Positions 29,550 through 42,500 of a stretch of DNA of 64,000 nt are shown here, piece by piece. This DNA is from Endomicrobiales bacterium (GTDB lineage Bacteria > Elusimicrobiota > Endomicrobiia > Endomicrobiales > JALOBY01). Positions within the stretch are counted from its first letter, which is position 1. Every line of letters starts with the position of its first letter. The position numbers were made by a program, and so were the translations under genes. The notes under the pieces are model-generated. The model was not told the DNA's origin and made no database searches. It was given only the letters and a program-made list of their open reading frames with translations. Where the stretch lies: the NCBI GenBank assembly GCA_963796955.1, contig CAWCNJ010000003.1:1-64000 (forward strand). The letters are read 5' to 3'.

Positions 29550-30418
29550 ACATGAACATGAATTCCCTGAAGAACCGGCTATTTCAGCAGGGCGGCTTTA
29601 TTCTGCTGACACTGTGCGTCGGAATAACCATATATTTCCTCGGCACGATACTCTATTTCATCATCCTCCATGGATTCCACATTATCAGCTGGGAGTTTTT
29701 AACCCAGGTGCCGAGAAAAGCAATGACAGCCGGCGGTGTGGCCCCTGCGATAATCGGTACGCTCTACCTGACACTGGGGGCGGTGCTGTTCGCGTTGCCG
29801 CTGGGCCTTGCCTGTGCGATCTATATTACGGAGTACAGCCCCAGCGGCTGGGTAGTGAACCTGCTGAGGATGAGCATCAGCAATCTTGCCGGCGTCCCCT
29901 CAGTAGTTTTCGGCTTGTTCGGTCTGGCGGTCTTCGTAAAAATGATGGGACTCGGTGTGTGCATATTATCCGGCAGCCTTACCCTCGGCATACTGATCCT
30001 TCCCGGGATCATCGCGGCCGCCCAGGAATCGCTGATCTCGGTGCCGCAATCTCTCAGAGAAGCAGCCCTTGCGGTAGGCGCGACGCAATGGCAGACGATA
30101 CGCAGGATCGTGCTTCCGGCCGCATTGCCGGGAGTGCTGACCGGTGTGATCTTAAGCATCGGCCGTGCCGCCGGCGAAACAGCACCGATCCTGTTTACCG
30201 CAGCCACGTTCTTCACGCGGGGATATCCGGCCTCGCCGCTTTCGGAAACGATGGCACTGCCGTATCATATCTACGCTCTTATGACGGAAGGTACTCACCC
30301 CGAGCAGCAAACCGCGATCGCCTATGGCTGCGCGCTTATATTGCTTGTTATGGTGCTGATGATCTCGGGGGTCGCGATCATCATTCGGCAGCGTCAACAG
30401 GCGCCATTTAAACACTGA
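29546..30418 (+). CDS. pstA: Phosphate ABC permease PstA
   Basis: [33 protein letters not shown]. Confidence 0.95.
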   Translation: MNMNMNSLKNRLFQQGGFILLTLCVGITIYFLGTILYFIILHGFHIISWEFLTQVPRKAMTAGGVAPAIIGTLYLTLGAVLFALPLGLACAIYITEYSPSGWVVNLLRMSISNLAGVPSVVFGLFGLAVFVKMMGLGVCILSGSLTLGILILPGIIAAAQESLISVPQSLREAALAVGATQWQTIRRIVLPAALPGVLTGVILSIGRAAGETAPILFTAATFFTRGYPASPLSETMALPYHIYALMTEGTHPEQQTAIAYGCALILLVMVLMISGVAIIIRQRQQAPFKH

Positions 30419-30425
30419 GGATATT

Positions 30426-31193
30426 ATGGACAATGTAAATGCAGTTCGCATGAGGATAGAAAAGATAAATTTTTACTACGGTTCCGTACACGCCCTGAAA
30501 GATATCTCTATGGATATATTTGAGAATCGGGTGACGTCGTTCATCGGCCCGTCCGGCTGCGGGAAATCCACGTTTATTCGCCTGCTGAACCGGATGAACG
30601 ACCTGACACCGGGAACGCGCCTGGAAGGGCAGGTTATGCTGGACCGTAAGGATATTAATGCCAGGGGCACCGACGTGGTTGCCCTGCGCAGGCGGGTCGG
30701 GATGGTATTCCAAAAGCCTAATCCGTTCCCAAAGACCATCTATGAAAATCTTGCGTTCGGCCTGGAGATCCAGGGTATAACCGATAAAACAAGGATAAAC
30801 GCGATCGTCGAGGACAGCCTTAAGAAAGCGGCGTTATGGAACGAAGTCAAGGACCGGCTCTATGATAACGCCCTGCAGCTTTCGGGCGGCCAGCAGCAAC
30901 GTTTATGCATCGCGCGCTGCCTTGCCGTGGACCCCGAAGTGATACTCTTCGACGAACCCTGCGCCAGCCTGGATCCTATTTCCACAGCCCGCATCGAAGA
31001 ACTGATAATGCAGCTGAAAAAAGAATACACTATCGTAATAGTGACACACAACATGCAGCAGGCGGCCCGCGTCTCGGACTACACTGCGTTCATGTATATG
31101 GGCGAATTGATAGAGTTCGGCAAGACGGATAAGATCTTTACGGTGCCGAGGGACAAGCGCACAGAAGATTATATAACCGGAAAATTTGGCTAG
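30426..31193 (+). CDS. pstB: Phosphate ABC transporter ATPase
   Basis: [46 protein letters not shown]. Confidence 0.97.
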   Translation: MDNVNAVRMRIEKINFYYGSVHALKDISMDIFENRVTSFIGPSGCGKSTFIRLLNRMNDLTPGTRLEGQVMLDRKDINARGTDVVALRRRVGMVFQKPNPFPKTIYENLAFGLEIQGITDKTRINAIVEDSLKKAALWNEVKDRLYDNALQLSGGQQQRLCIARCLAVDPEVILFDEPCASLDPISTARIEELIMQLKKEYTIVIVTHNMQQAARVSDYTAFMYMGELIEFGKTDKIFTVPRDKRTEDYITGKFG

Positions 31194-31869
31194 GGAGGGG
31201 AACTTGTACCAGGACAAACTGGCAGGGCTTAAAAAAGAAATTATTGAATACTCGTCTCTGATTGAGACGATGATACAAAACAGCGTCACGGGCTTACTAC
31301 AAAAGAATCTGGAGCTGCTGGAGGGGGTGATCTACGAGCTTGAGCCGCGCGCTAATACCCGGGAAAATGAGATCGATGAACATTGTACCGCCCTGATAGC
31401 GCAGTATCAGCCGGCTGCAAAGGACCTGCGCACGATATTAATGGTCTACCGGATGAACAGCGACCTCGAACGGATGGGAGACCATGCCGTTAATATCGCG
31501 GAGAGCGCATTATTTCTTATACAGCGCCCGGCGGTGAAACCGTTCATAGACCTGCCGCAAATGAGCTCGCTGGTCGCCAAAATGGTCAAAGACAGCATCA
31601 ATTCTTTCATTAATGAAGATGTGGCCCTTGCCAGATCCATCCGGGCCAGTGATGGTGAGGTGGATGCGCTTAAGGCCAGGAGTTCCGACGAGCTGATAGA
31701 ATGTATGGTAAGGAACCCGGATACGGTGGAGCGCGCCATGCATCTTTCCCGCGTGCTTGGCAATCTGGAACGCATTGCGGATCTTTCCACCAATATAGGC
31801 GAAGATGTTACCTTTATGGTCGAGGGACTTGTTATGAAGCATCATAAGGACGCGTTACCGCCGGCTTAA
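31186..31869 (+). CDS. phoU: Phosphate signalling protein PhoU
   Basis: [32 protein letters not shown]. Confidence 0.95.
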   Translation: MAREGNLYQDKLAGLKKEIIEYSSLIETMIQNSVTGLLQKNLELLEGVIYELEPRANTRENEIDEHCTALIAQYQPAAKDLRTILMVYRMNSDLERMGDHAVNIAESALFLIQRPAVKPFIDLPQMSSLVAKMVKDSINSFINEDVALARSIRASDGEVDALKARSSDELIECMVRNPDTVERAMHLSRVLGNLERIADLSTNIGEDVTFMVEGLVMKHHKDALPPA

Positions 31870-31919
31870 TACACAATTAACATTTTCTTTATCAGGAACA
31901 CACGGTGCCCTTGTATACT
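31865..31919 (+). promoter_or_regulatory. Pho-box-like array and -10 element upstream of the acyltransferase pair
   Basis: CTTAAT (31865), ATTAAC (31876), CTTTAT (31887) at 11-bp spacing; TATACT at 31914-31919. Confidence 0.6.
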
Positions 31920-31949
31920 TTACGATATACAAGGGCACCGTGTGTTTTT
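31897..31949 (+). terminator. Perfect 21-bp inverted repeat with U tract; likely pst-phoU terminator
   Basis: AACACACGGTGCCCTTGTATA (31897-31917), 8-nt loop, TATACAAGGGCACCGTGTGTT (31926-31946), then TTT. Confidence 0.75.
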
Positions 31950-31966
31950 CGTTATAGGAGGCGACT

Positions 31967-32812
31967 ATGTCAGCAGCTATCATGTACAGGCCGTGGAACC
32001 CGGGGATCGAAGGAAATATGCGCGGGATGCTTATGTTCCCATTCCGTATGACCATCAAGGGATTCAGGAAAAAAATGTCCGTATTCATAGAGAGGAATAA
32101 CTACATCGTCAAAACGATCGATGATGCCTTCGAGCTCGAACAGGCTCTTTCCCTGCGCTATAGGGTCTTTTACGGGGAAATGCTGGATAAGCGCAGGATC
32201 GTTCCGTTGGATATGGACAAGCACGATATGCACTGCGACCATCTCGCGGTGATAGATAAACGCAGCAATGAAGTGGTAGGCACCTACCGGTTGAACCTGT
32301 CATCATTCGGCAGACCGTTCTACTCGGCAGGAGAGTTCGAGATGGATAATATAATCCGCCTGCCCGGAAGAAAGCTTGAATTGGGACGCGCCTGTATCAG
32401 TCGGGAACACAGGAACGGTGTTACCATCTCATTGTTGTGGCGCGGGATAAAGGCCTATATGGCGGCTGCCGGAGCGGATTGGGCGTTCGGCTGCTCCAGC
32501 GTTAAAGCGGCGCGCTATGAGGATGTCAGGCCGCTGCATGACGCGCTGCTTCTGACCTATTACGCAGGTGATAAATACCGGGTCAGCCCGCGAAAGAAAT
32601 ATACATTTAACGACATCACAGCCGATCGAGCCGGTAGCGTCGCGCCGGAGAGCACTGCTGCGGTACCATCTTTGCTAAACGCCTACCTGAAGGGCGGTGC
32701 GCGCATAGCTGGGGATCCGGCCTTTGATAAAATGTTCAAATGCGCAGATTTTTTTACCCTGATCAGGACAAGGGATATGACCGGTGCAATGGGGAGGGAA
32801 ACGGTATCATGA
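31967..32812 (+). CDS. GNAT-fold N-acyltransferase, OlsB-like (lyso-ornithine lipid synthase family)
   Basis: LRYRVF, DKHDMHCDHL, VVGTYRL, FYSAGEF, LELGRACI, LLWRGI, FGCSS, PSLLNAYL, DFF. Confidence 0.8.
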   Translation: MSAAIMYRPWNPGIEGNMRGMLMFPFRMTIKGFRKKMSVFIERNNYIVKTIDDAFELEQALSLRYRVFYGEMLDKRRIVPLDMDKHDMHCDHLAVIDKRSNEVVGTYRLNLSSFGRPFYSAGEFEMDNIIRLPGRKLELGRACISREHRNGVTISLLWRGIKAYMAAAGADWAFGCSSVKAARYEDVRPLHDALLLTYYAGDKYRVSPRKKYTFNDITADRAGSVAPESTAAVPSLLNAYLKGGARIAGDPAFDKMFKCADFFTLIRTRDMTGAMGRETVS

Positions 32813-33579
32813 AAACCATAATACGCTGTATTGCAACATTGTTCATTTTGTCTGAATTCACTATAGCGGCGGCGTTCGGCGTCTTTATAACGGACAAGAT
32901 CGAAAAGCGGCGTTATGCCGCCCGGATAACGTCATGGTATGCCAGAAAATTACTGTCAGTGCTGCATATCCATGTGCGACTGGAGAACCGCAAACAATTT
33001 TATACCTTACCGTCCAGATGCCTGGTATATGCCAACCATCTGTCTTATCTGGATATCCTGGCGATAGCTGCCAGTATCCCCTGTATCTTTGTCACTTCGC
33101 TGGACGTCGGCGCCACCGGAATAATCGGTATCTTGTCTCGTATGGCAGGGGCGGTTTTTATCGAAAGACGCCGCGCACAGTCGCTGCGCAGGGAAGTCCC
33201 TATGTTGCAGGAATTGTTGAGCGAGGCGGGGCGGATCACCATATTTCCGGAAGGCACATCTTCCGACGGCAGCGGTGTTTTACCGTTCAAGGCCTCGTTC
33301 GCCCAGGCGGCGGTGAATGCCAGGGTGCCGCTCGTGCCGGTCCGGATATCATATTCGAAATATAACGGGTCCGCCCTTAAAAGGGACAATGCCGACCGCC
33401 TGTTGTGGTATGGCGACATGACCTTTGTTGATCATCTTTTGCACCTTTGTACCATCAAATCCGCGGTCATAAGCCTGCGGGTACTGGAAACCGTTTCTCC
33501 CGCCTCGGGTGTCGATCGTAAAACAATAACCGCCGAAGCGTACTCTAAAATAGCATCCGCATATACTCCAATAGTCTGA
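32809..33579 (+). CDS. PlsC-family lysolipid acyltransferase, OlsA-like
   Basis: NHLSYLD (HX4D), FIER, FPEGTSS, PFK, WYGDMTF; ATGA overlap with the upstream gene. Confidence 0.85.
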   Translation: MKTIIRCIATLFILSEFTIAAAFGVFITDKIEKRRYAARITSWYARKLLSVLHIHVRLENRKQFYTLPSRCLVYANHLSYLDILAIAASIPCIFVTSLDVGATGIIGILSRMAGAVFIERRRAQSLRREVPMLQELLSEAGRITIFPEGTSSDGSGVLPFKASFAQAAVNARVPLVPVRISYSKYNGSALKRDNADRLLWYGDMTFVDHLLHLCTIKSAVISLRVLETVSPASGVDRKTITAEAYSKIASAYTPIV

Positions 33580-33593
33580 AAATAGTCGCTACT

Positions 33594-36500
33594 ATGGCAT
33601 CCCTTAACCTGCAAAAATCCATCGCCGTCGTAACGCTCGGCGCCTATCTGTTCTCCTTTATCCTGTGCGAGCCGCTGAAAGCCGCCGGGATCTTATTCGA
33701 GAACTGCAGCATTTCCGCCCGGCTTACCAGGGCGCTGGGGAGCGAGCTGCTGCCTCAGGAGTTCGGTAAGATAACCGCTTCACGTCTTTTCGGGCGCGAT
33801 ACCCTGGTCGTCTGCATTCAGGACCTGCATTGTAACCCATACGTACAAAAAAATATCTATAATATCATCAGCCATTTTGCGCGGCGCTACGGCGTCTCGG
33901 CGATATTCTCCGAAGGCGCTCCCCAGGGCAGGGTCAATACCCGGCTTATGACCTCTGTGCCCGACGATGGTATCCGGGCCGATCTCTTAAGCGGGCTGTT
34001 GCGCAACGGCCTGATATCCGGCGCGGAATACTATGCGGTCTCACAGAACAAAGATATCTTATACGGACTTGAAGATTGGAACGTTTATTCGGAGAATCTT
34101 TCAAGGATACATTCCATTATAGAACGGCAGAGCAGGTACCGGGTCCAGGCGGAACAGGTGCACGGCTGGATCAGCGCTCTGAAAGAAAAGTACTTGTCCA
34201 GGCGGATCCGGGACTACGAAGACCGCGTAATAAGCAGCCGGGAAAACGGCGGACAGGCATTGTATAACGAGCTTGAGAAGCTGAGCGCCGAAAGCGGTCA
34301 GTCCCTGCGCGATTACCCTCACCTTGACAGATATCTGAGGCTGCGGCGGTGTAGAGCCGGCATAAACAGCGGCAAGATCGCTGAAGAACAGCGGTCATAT
34401 TTGAATGAATTGGCCCGCCAGGTGCCGTTCTCAGTATATCAAGAACTCACCGGTAAGACTGCCGACGGCAACGCATCCGGTGAATATTATTCCGCACTGG
34501 CGGAATTGTCAAGGCTCTATGCTCCGTCCATCCATTTGTCAGCGTATCCGAACCTGAGCAGATATCTGGAACAGGTGCGGCTGATGGATGCGATAAATCC
34601 GGTAGCGCTGCTCTACGAACAAAAAGACTTCCTGCGCAAAGCGCTTGAAAAGAACGCGAACACCCTCAGGGACCGCGAAATGTTGTTCCTCTCGGAAATG
34701 GATCCCTACCTCAAAGATTTCTATCTTCTTCATATAGACCCGCTGGATTATGAGTTCTTCAAAGCGCACTATCCGCAATTCAAGGCGGTAATGAAGAAGT
34801 ACGTTGCCGATCCCGGATTCGACGAGGTCTTTTCCGACCTCGGTTCCGGCGAGGCTGAGTTGTTCAAATTTTACGATGTGAACAAAGAGCGTAACAAGAT
34901 ATTCTTTAACGCGGTTAAAGCACAGGCGGGGATAGTAAATGCACCCGTGATCCCTGCGACACCGGAGCAGATGGCGGGCTGCGAAAACCTGGGCCGGTTC
35001 AAAAACATTTTTATCGTTGTGGTCGGCGGCTTTCACGGTGAGCTGGCCCAGTTGTTCAACAGCGCGGGGATCTCCAATATTACGGTAACTCCCTCAGTGG
35101 CGGACGGCGGCGGTTCAGGTGTGTATTTTGGCATGCTCGACGGCAGCCTTGATCCGGTGCGGTTTATAAATGCGTGTTTCGCACCGGTGTTGCTGGATGT
35201 CGGCATGCCGCGGGCTATGGTGGATATCGTGATCTGTAATTGGGCGAGAAAAGCGGAAGAAAAGCAGCTCTCAACAACAGAGATGCAGGATGATCTGAAC
35301 GGTTGGCTGCAAGCCAATAACCTGCCCGGTGATGTTTCTATAGCGGCTTCGAGCAGTCCGGGTATCCTCTATGTTTCTACCCGTGGAAAAAACTACACCG
35401 TTGATATCAAGGGTCTGACCGCAAAAAGATCCGCCAATCAGAGGATGAAAGAGCGGGTTTTCAGCAAATACGGGGGGGAAGAAGCCGTAAGAGCTTCGCT
35501 TCAGGCGCAGGGCGCCGATGTTGAGGCCTTGCTGGGCACCGGTACGGACTGGGGTTTGGTGTATGGAAAACTGGAGCAGTTAAATCAGGCGGGATACACG
35601 GAAAAAACCTATGGTGAAGAAGTTGAATCGATCAACCTCGGAGAACTCTGGCGTTCAATAAAAAGCGGTCTTATCAAAGAAAATAAATTAAATGTACGTT
35701 CATCCGCCGCGGTTGTGTTCTATATGGCGTCCGGCCGGTTCGCTCTGCATTTGTTCAGGAGTTTCTATATTCGCCATCCGGGCAGCGCCCTGCGCTATCA
35801 CTGGCGCGGCAGGAACAAAGAGGTTTACATTCCAGCGCAGCTGATCTCCAGAGCGGTTGTTGACCAGCTGCGCGACCAGCAGCGCCTGAAAGCGGGCATG
35901 GCGGGAAAACTTCGTATCTTCATACGGCGCTTTTTCGTCGTCGTGCGCCCCTTCCTTGAGATAACACTGATCTCGGCGCACCTCAGGTTCCTTAAAGAAC
36001 GCTCCTCTCTTTTCTTTGTCACGACCATTATTACCGGCAGTATTCTTTCGCTGGTTGCCGCCAACCCGCTGGTTTGGCTGCCGCTACTGGCGGTGGTGTA
36101 TGTTTACGCGGTGGTAAAATGGGCGCCGGAAAAAGGCGAAAAGAACGGTCTGCTGAGCGCCCGGGGATGGCACCTGGTAAGGATGACGGCTATACCCGCC
36201 GTTTTGCTCGGACTTTTTCTCATTTCGCTGTGCGCCGGGACTCCGTTTCTGGGTATGAATCTGCTCGGGCTGCTGCCGAAAGCCGCGGCACAGATGCAAT
36301 CAGCGGTCATTCTCGGAACGCTCTATAAAGGATTTGCGGTCCAGGCGATACTCAGCCCGCTGATCACGGTTTTTGTAAGAAGCTTCGTACGAGCGACCCG
36401 TGAGGCCACGTATCGCGCCCTGGGCAGCAGGTCGTTCAATTTACGGTTGGAGAGCTATTATCGCGAGACGGTCGGGAAAGATGGAAAGATCGTTTCCACA

Positions 36501-39500
36501 AATTATATTCCTGCCTCGGCGGTCAGCAACGGAGATATCGGCAATAAGAAGCTGGTCAAGGTGCGCGGCTTTGTCGGTATAGATCAAAAATTCGTTCCAT
36601 GGGTATGGGACGGCGCCACGATGATAGCGTATCTGGAGGCGCAGAAGTCGAGGGGGGCCATTTCTCCAGAAGTACAAAGCGTTATCGCCTCTATTCTGGC
36701 GCACGACGGAAAAAAATGGTTCGGGTACCACCGGCTGCTTCGCGCGAACGCTGTCCAAAGAGAGCAGATCAGCCTCCTAGCGGGGGATGCAATAACAACC
36801 CTGCCGCAAAACATATCCGACACCGAGATAGACCTGACGATCAAAGAGGCACGGCTGGCCGCGCGAAGGGATGTTTTCGGCAACGCGTATTTCTGGAAGA
36901 GGCTTCCCTCGGCGTGGTTCAGTATGTGGTTCGTTAATACCGAAATAGCGGTCGTCTTAAAACAGTTGAAACTCTTCGACTGGATCATTTCAAAATGTGT
37001 CTCGATCTTCCATAAGAACACCATACATTTTATAGAGCAGCTCGGGCAGCTGGTAGAAGGCGCGAACAGCGAACATCCGGTCGCGGCGGAAGGCCTGCGT
37101 CTGTACGGGCCCGACGACCTGCTTGGCAAATTCGCCGGCTCCGGCGGTTTGCTCGGCTCTTTTGCGAACCTGGTGACATTCATCAACGGTACGATCAACC
37201 GCATTCCGCACGTCGGCGGTGTTTTTTCAGCGTTGAGTGACGTGCCCGCGCTGATAAGCGCCCTGCTGGGAGTGCGCGGAGCGGCCCAACCTGCGCTTGG
37301 GAAAGATGGTGCAACGCAGTTGGGCGCTGAAGCGTTGCCGCTGCATACCGTACAGAAAGCTGTTGAACCGAATAAATTCGGACAAGAACCAGGAATACCT
37401 GCTGCGATCGATAAAAAATTCCTTCCAGGCGGCAGGGGACCGGTGGTACCGCGAACAAGCGCCGAACCGCCGCAGACGGGGCACGCGGCTGTGATGCCAT
37501 CGGACGATACCGGCATGCCGGAGGTAACCGTTCCTCAGAAAAATGAAGGAGCCACCCTGCCCGCGGCTCCGGCCGGCGAATACAGGTTGGACCGTTATGG
37601 CGCATTTGTGACACCGGAATTCGCTGCCTACGCCAATATCGATATGATCAGGCAAAACAGCACGCTGCATTTGCACTACAATGACAGCCCGGCAAGCGGC
37701 CGGAGCGCACTTAACTTAAACGCGCAATATGACCCTGCTTCGAACAGGCGGTTCATACCGTCGGTTTCCGTTGACCGCCTGACGCAGCCGTATAGTGAAT
37801 TTCCGACAGCGGAAATGACGATGAGCGAAGGATCTTACACTTCCTACAAGCTCAGTAGCCGGGGCAGCCTGCTTAACGATAAACTCCTCTACAGCGCCGA
37901 CCTGTTCACATCCGACAAAGATAAGTATCCCTCTGCCGGTGAAACGGTTGCGACCACGAAAAATAAGTTCCTGCCTAAAGTCGCGCTCAGGTATAGTGAC
38001 CCGGAGTCCGGCGCCGATGTGAACGCCGCCGCCTACAATCTTCTCGATACCGGCAAAAAGATCTCAGTTTCAGGCAGCCGGTCTATCCCGGTCTCCAGCA
38101 ACCTTACTCTGGCCCCCTGGGCCGATCTTTCCTATTATCCGGACAGAAAGAATACCGCGAAAGACCGGTACACGGGCAATTATGGCCTTGTCTCGCGGCT
38201 TTCGGATGTTTCCGCAAGCGCGGCAGTTAAGACCACGCAGAATAGAACGGCGCTTGCTGCCGACGATATCCGCTATTATAAGATCTTCCGGGAGGGCTGG
38301 GGAACCGTAAGCGCCGGCGCCAGGAACATCGCCGCATCGCTGCTTGAGCCCCGCAATGCGGCCGCGCCGCGCGAGTTTTACGCCGATATACGGAACAGCA
38401 AACTCGCCGGCCTGAGTGTCGGTAAAGGTGATGTAAATTTTTCTTATTCTGACACGCCGCAACGGCTTAAGCTGGATTACGCGCTGTATATGCCCGCGGT
38501 TTCAGAAACCTTAAAAGTGGTGAACCTGGGTGCGGATATCAGCAGGAATGCTGCAGCCGACAGTACCGTGTGGGCCGGCGCCGCCTGGAATAATTTTGGG
38601 TTCAGGTATAAACAAAGCCTTGGAACTTTTACTAAACCCGGTAAACTTTCCGCCGCGGGTGAAGTTTTTGTGCTTCCAGGCAAAAATCTTGCCGTCTCAG
38701 CCGGTGCCATGGTGAAGGACGGGGCAGGCGCGCGCCTCACCTCCGGCATCGAGATCAACCGATCTACCCAAAAGATGGATTATTCCGTTATACTGAACGC
38801 GAGTGCCGGCAGCAGCGCCGGTTCACGGCCCGATATGTCCGCTGCATTAGGTTTTGTCCTGCGTTTTGGGAGCGAAAGGCCGCATTCCTCCGGCGGCGCC
38901 GCACCGGTGTGGAACAGCACGCGGGATCAGGCCCGGGAGATGGTCAAGAGCGTTGACAGGACATTGAACAACCTGTATAAGACCGCGGACAAAAATGTCG
39001 AAAGAACGATCGAAAGCGACAATGATTTTATCGCCGCCTACGGGGACATACGGGAAGCGGCCGGCGCTCAAAAGAGCACTTTGGAAAATATCATAGCCAA
39101 GGCTTCGAACAGTGTCGGCAAAGACTACTTGACGGCGCGGGAATACCTGGATACCCTGCACAAGGCGCTGTTGTTGAGCCGCGACACCCTTATGGGCGAT
39201 CTGCTCGGCCTGCCGCCCGATTTTAAATTCGGCGACCCGCGGCCTCATTTTCAGAAATACGAAGGCATTCTGCTGGCTCTTGCCGGATCTATAAACACAG
39301 GATCGGGATATTTTAACTCACTTGAAGCCCAGGGCAGAATGAAGGTGAAGAAAAATACGGTCAGCGAGAAAGAGTATGCCGAGGATATCATAGAGGCCGC
39401 GAACGCGGTTGCCGACACGGTGCGCCGCGAGGAGATATTATCGTTATTGAAGCGCTTTATTAAAAATAAAGCAGGCTGGGAACATGAATTCCAGAACCTT

Positions 39501-42500
39501 GATGAAGCCTCCCAGGCAAAGAATGAAGAAGCCGGTATTAAGCCGAAGGTTGAGAAGGAGCGGGGCCGCCTGTTCGGTCCGGCGGATATCGACAAAAAAG
39601 AAACAGCCGCGTATGGTCAGCTGGCGGCCGATGCCCACCGGGACGCCGACATCAAAGAGCTGCTGGCCGCTAAAACAGAGATCAAAAAAATATTTGAAGA
39701 AAACCCGAAGTTACGCGGCGAACTTGTGCCGCCGGCACAGGGCAGCGAAATGTTCAAGAGCATGTTCGCCCAGTTCGTGGAACAAAAGCGTTTCAGCGAA
39801 CAGAGCGCTGTCGAGGTTGAGCGGGCGCAGCTGATACAGGAATTCAACAACACATACCCGGAATGGAAGCTGGCGTATTATGCACGGCAGCTGGTAACAC
39901 GCTACCATCTGGCCGTAAAAGACGACGGCGGAGCGGATACCACCGCCGTCTGGGACCGCACGCTGAAGTCCGTCAAAGACGAATTGGATCTCGGCAGGGC
40001 GGTTATGGTTTTCAAATACCGCGTGAGCGACAAGCTCGGCGGCGCGCTCAGGACTTTCGGCGAGTGCCTGGGTGTGCAGAGAGCGGTCTTCGAAGTTGAG
40101 GCGGTGCGCGACGTTAAAGGCAGGGTAACCGAGCTTACCGCATTCTCGGATCAGGGCCGGGCATTGTTCAAGATAATGAACGACCAGACGACGCCTTCCC
40201 TGGAATTGTTTGATTACCGGCTTGCGGCGGCGGACGGCGGCGCAGGCGCGTACCGCTCACGATCGTATGAATTCAGGATCGATGACGGCGCGCTCGGCGA
40301 GGCGCTCCTTGGGCAGCCGGCGGCCCTGGCGCGCGACTCCATAGGACTTTTGCTCGGAGAAAAAGTGTACGCGGTAGAGCGCAGGGGCGATTCCTGGCTG
40401 CGGCCCATCGATGTACGCGGTGTGAAGTTCCTGCCGGGACACAGACCTGTGCGTTTTGGAGAGGAATACCGTCGGGATGAGCGTGATAAGGGCTTCGAAG
40501 AAGAATTCGTAAGGAACGAGAATCCGGACGGAACGTACACGAAGCATTTTACGAAAGCCGGTTTGACCGATCGTGATGAGACCTGCCGGTGGACACTGGA
40601 GAGCGAAATGCCCGTCAGAACGGTGTTCGCTTCTTCCGAGTACGGCCTTCCCCTGGAAGAAGTGTTCGAGGGCCGCAACAATATGAAGAGCCGTGTGTAC
40701 CTGCGCGATACAGAGACCGGCGTCCGCAAAGACGCGGTTTATGAGAACACCTATGCCTACGATTCAAGGAATTACGCCAGGTTCCTGAAAACGAAGCTCA
40801 ACAAGGTCACCGGTGTCCGTGAGGAATGGAAGGAAACCGGCGATGCCTCTGTGGTCGTGTTCGAAGGCAGGGTCACGACCGCGAAGGGCTTGGTGCTCAG
40901 CACAAAACGGACCACGCAAAAACGAAACAGTCCGGCGCGTATCGAGACCAGCCGGGACATGAACGGGTTACGAGATGTTACGATAGTTAATACGCTCACC
41001 GGCCGCGAGAAGATCGACCGCTATGATGTGCAGGGAAACAGTATCTACACCGAAACCTCAAGCGCGGGTGAGAATGCGTATGTCCGCGCCTTCACGCGGA
41101 CGTACGCCGATAAACAGCCGGCGGAAAGCGGCTTCCTCAATCTGCGCACGAGGGAAGCGAGCCGGGCGTCACAGGGCTCAAAACATGCGCCGATCGTAAA
41201 GATTTCGCTGGGGAAGGTCGATGCAGATACCATGCGACAGCGCTCTGTCCGCGAAGATGCGCTGGAAGGCACGGTCACGGTCGCCAGCATGAACGTCCTT
41301 ACCGGCGCCGAAAGCTCTGTGACCTATCCGGCCTCTGACAAAACAAGGACCAAACCGCTATACCGCTCCGATACAACGGCGCTGGACTACGACACGATGA
41401 AAAAAACAACCACGACCGTTAAACACGGCCCGGACGGCGGGATCGAGTGGAAAAAAACAGCTGAAACCAGCCTTGCGGGCAGCGCGTTGATAAATCTTGG
41501 CGGACACGTTGGTAAAAGCGTCCACACGGTGGAAACAAAGCGCGACGGCGACGGCAGAGTACTGGAGATCAACGCCGTTTCCGACAAAGGGTTGAAGTTG
41601 TTCTCGATCGTCAACAACGATGTCTTACCGGTGATAGAACTGTTCGATCATACCAATACCGCGGGCGGGGAAACCGCGCATTCGGTGATCTACGAGTTCA
41701 GGGATCCGGCTTTGGCTCAGGGCTCGGTTGAAGGGATCACCTATCGCTCTATCGGGAAAATGACCGGGAAGAAGTCGTACCGTATGGAAAGCCTCAACGG
41801 CGCGATGAAGCTGATCGATGCGGGAGGGATCATATTTCTTCCCGGCCACCGGGCTATAGCATACGGTGAGCCGTACCGGCAGTCCGGTAACGACAGGAAT
41901 TTTGAGGAGACCTTCACACGTAAGGAAAATGCTGACGGAACATCGACCAAAACCTATTTTAAGGCCGGCCTTCTCGACAGAACTGAGGTCAGCCTGTGGC
42001 GGCAGGACGACGGGCTGCCGCTGCGGACGATCTATACTGCGACCGAGCTCGGGGTGCCGCTGGTAGAGCTCTTTGAAGGCATGGATGGTCTGACGAGCAA
42101 AACATATTTGTTCGACGAAAAAACGGGACGCAGGGCCGAAGATCCGGTGTACGAAAACACCTACACGTGGGACTTGAGAACCCATCGGCGCATACTGGAG
42201 AAAAGAGCTCATCTGGTCACCGGACTGCGCGAAGAATGGCGGGATGTCAGTCCTGACACAGCCCATATCGTTTTTGAGAACACCACAACCACGGCTGAAG
42301 GGAAGCTGGTAACGAAAAGATCCGCCGCACAGTTGCTGCACAGTTATGACCGCACAGAAACAAAAGAAGAGCCGAACGGGACAAAGGAGGTAACGGTCCT
42401 TAACACCCTGACCGGCGAAAGGAAAACCGATAAATACGATTTTAAGGGCCGTCCATTTTACACCGAGATCGAACGGTGCGGCGCGAACGCCTCTATGCGT

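Noticed and set aside
29614..30411. 265-aa alternate-frame ORF inside pstA
   Set aside because: Arg/Pro-rich off-frame translation of a GC-rich gene.
33570..33587. AATAGTC direct repeat just before the giant gene as a target-site duplication
   Set aside because: No matching copy at the far end of the gene and no mobility gene.
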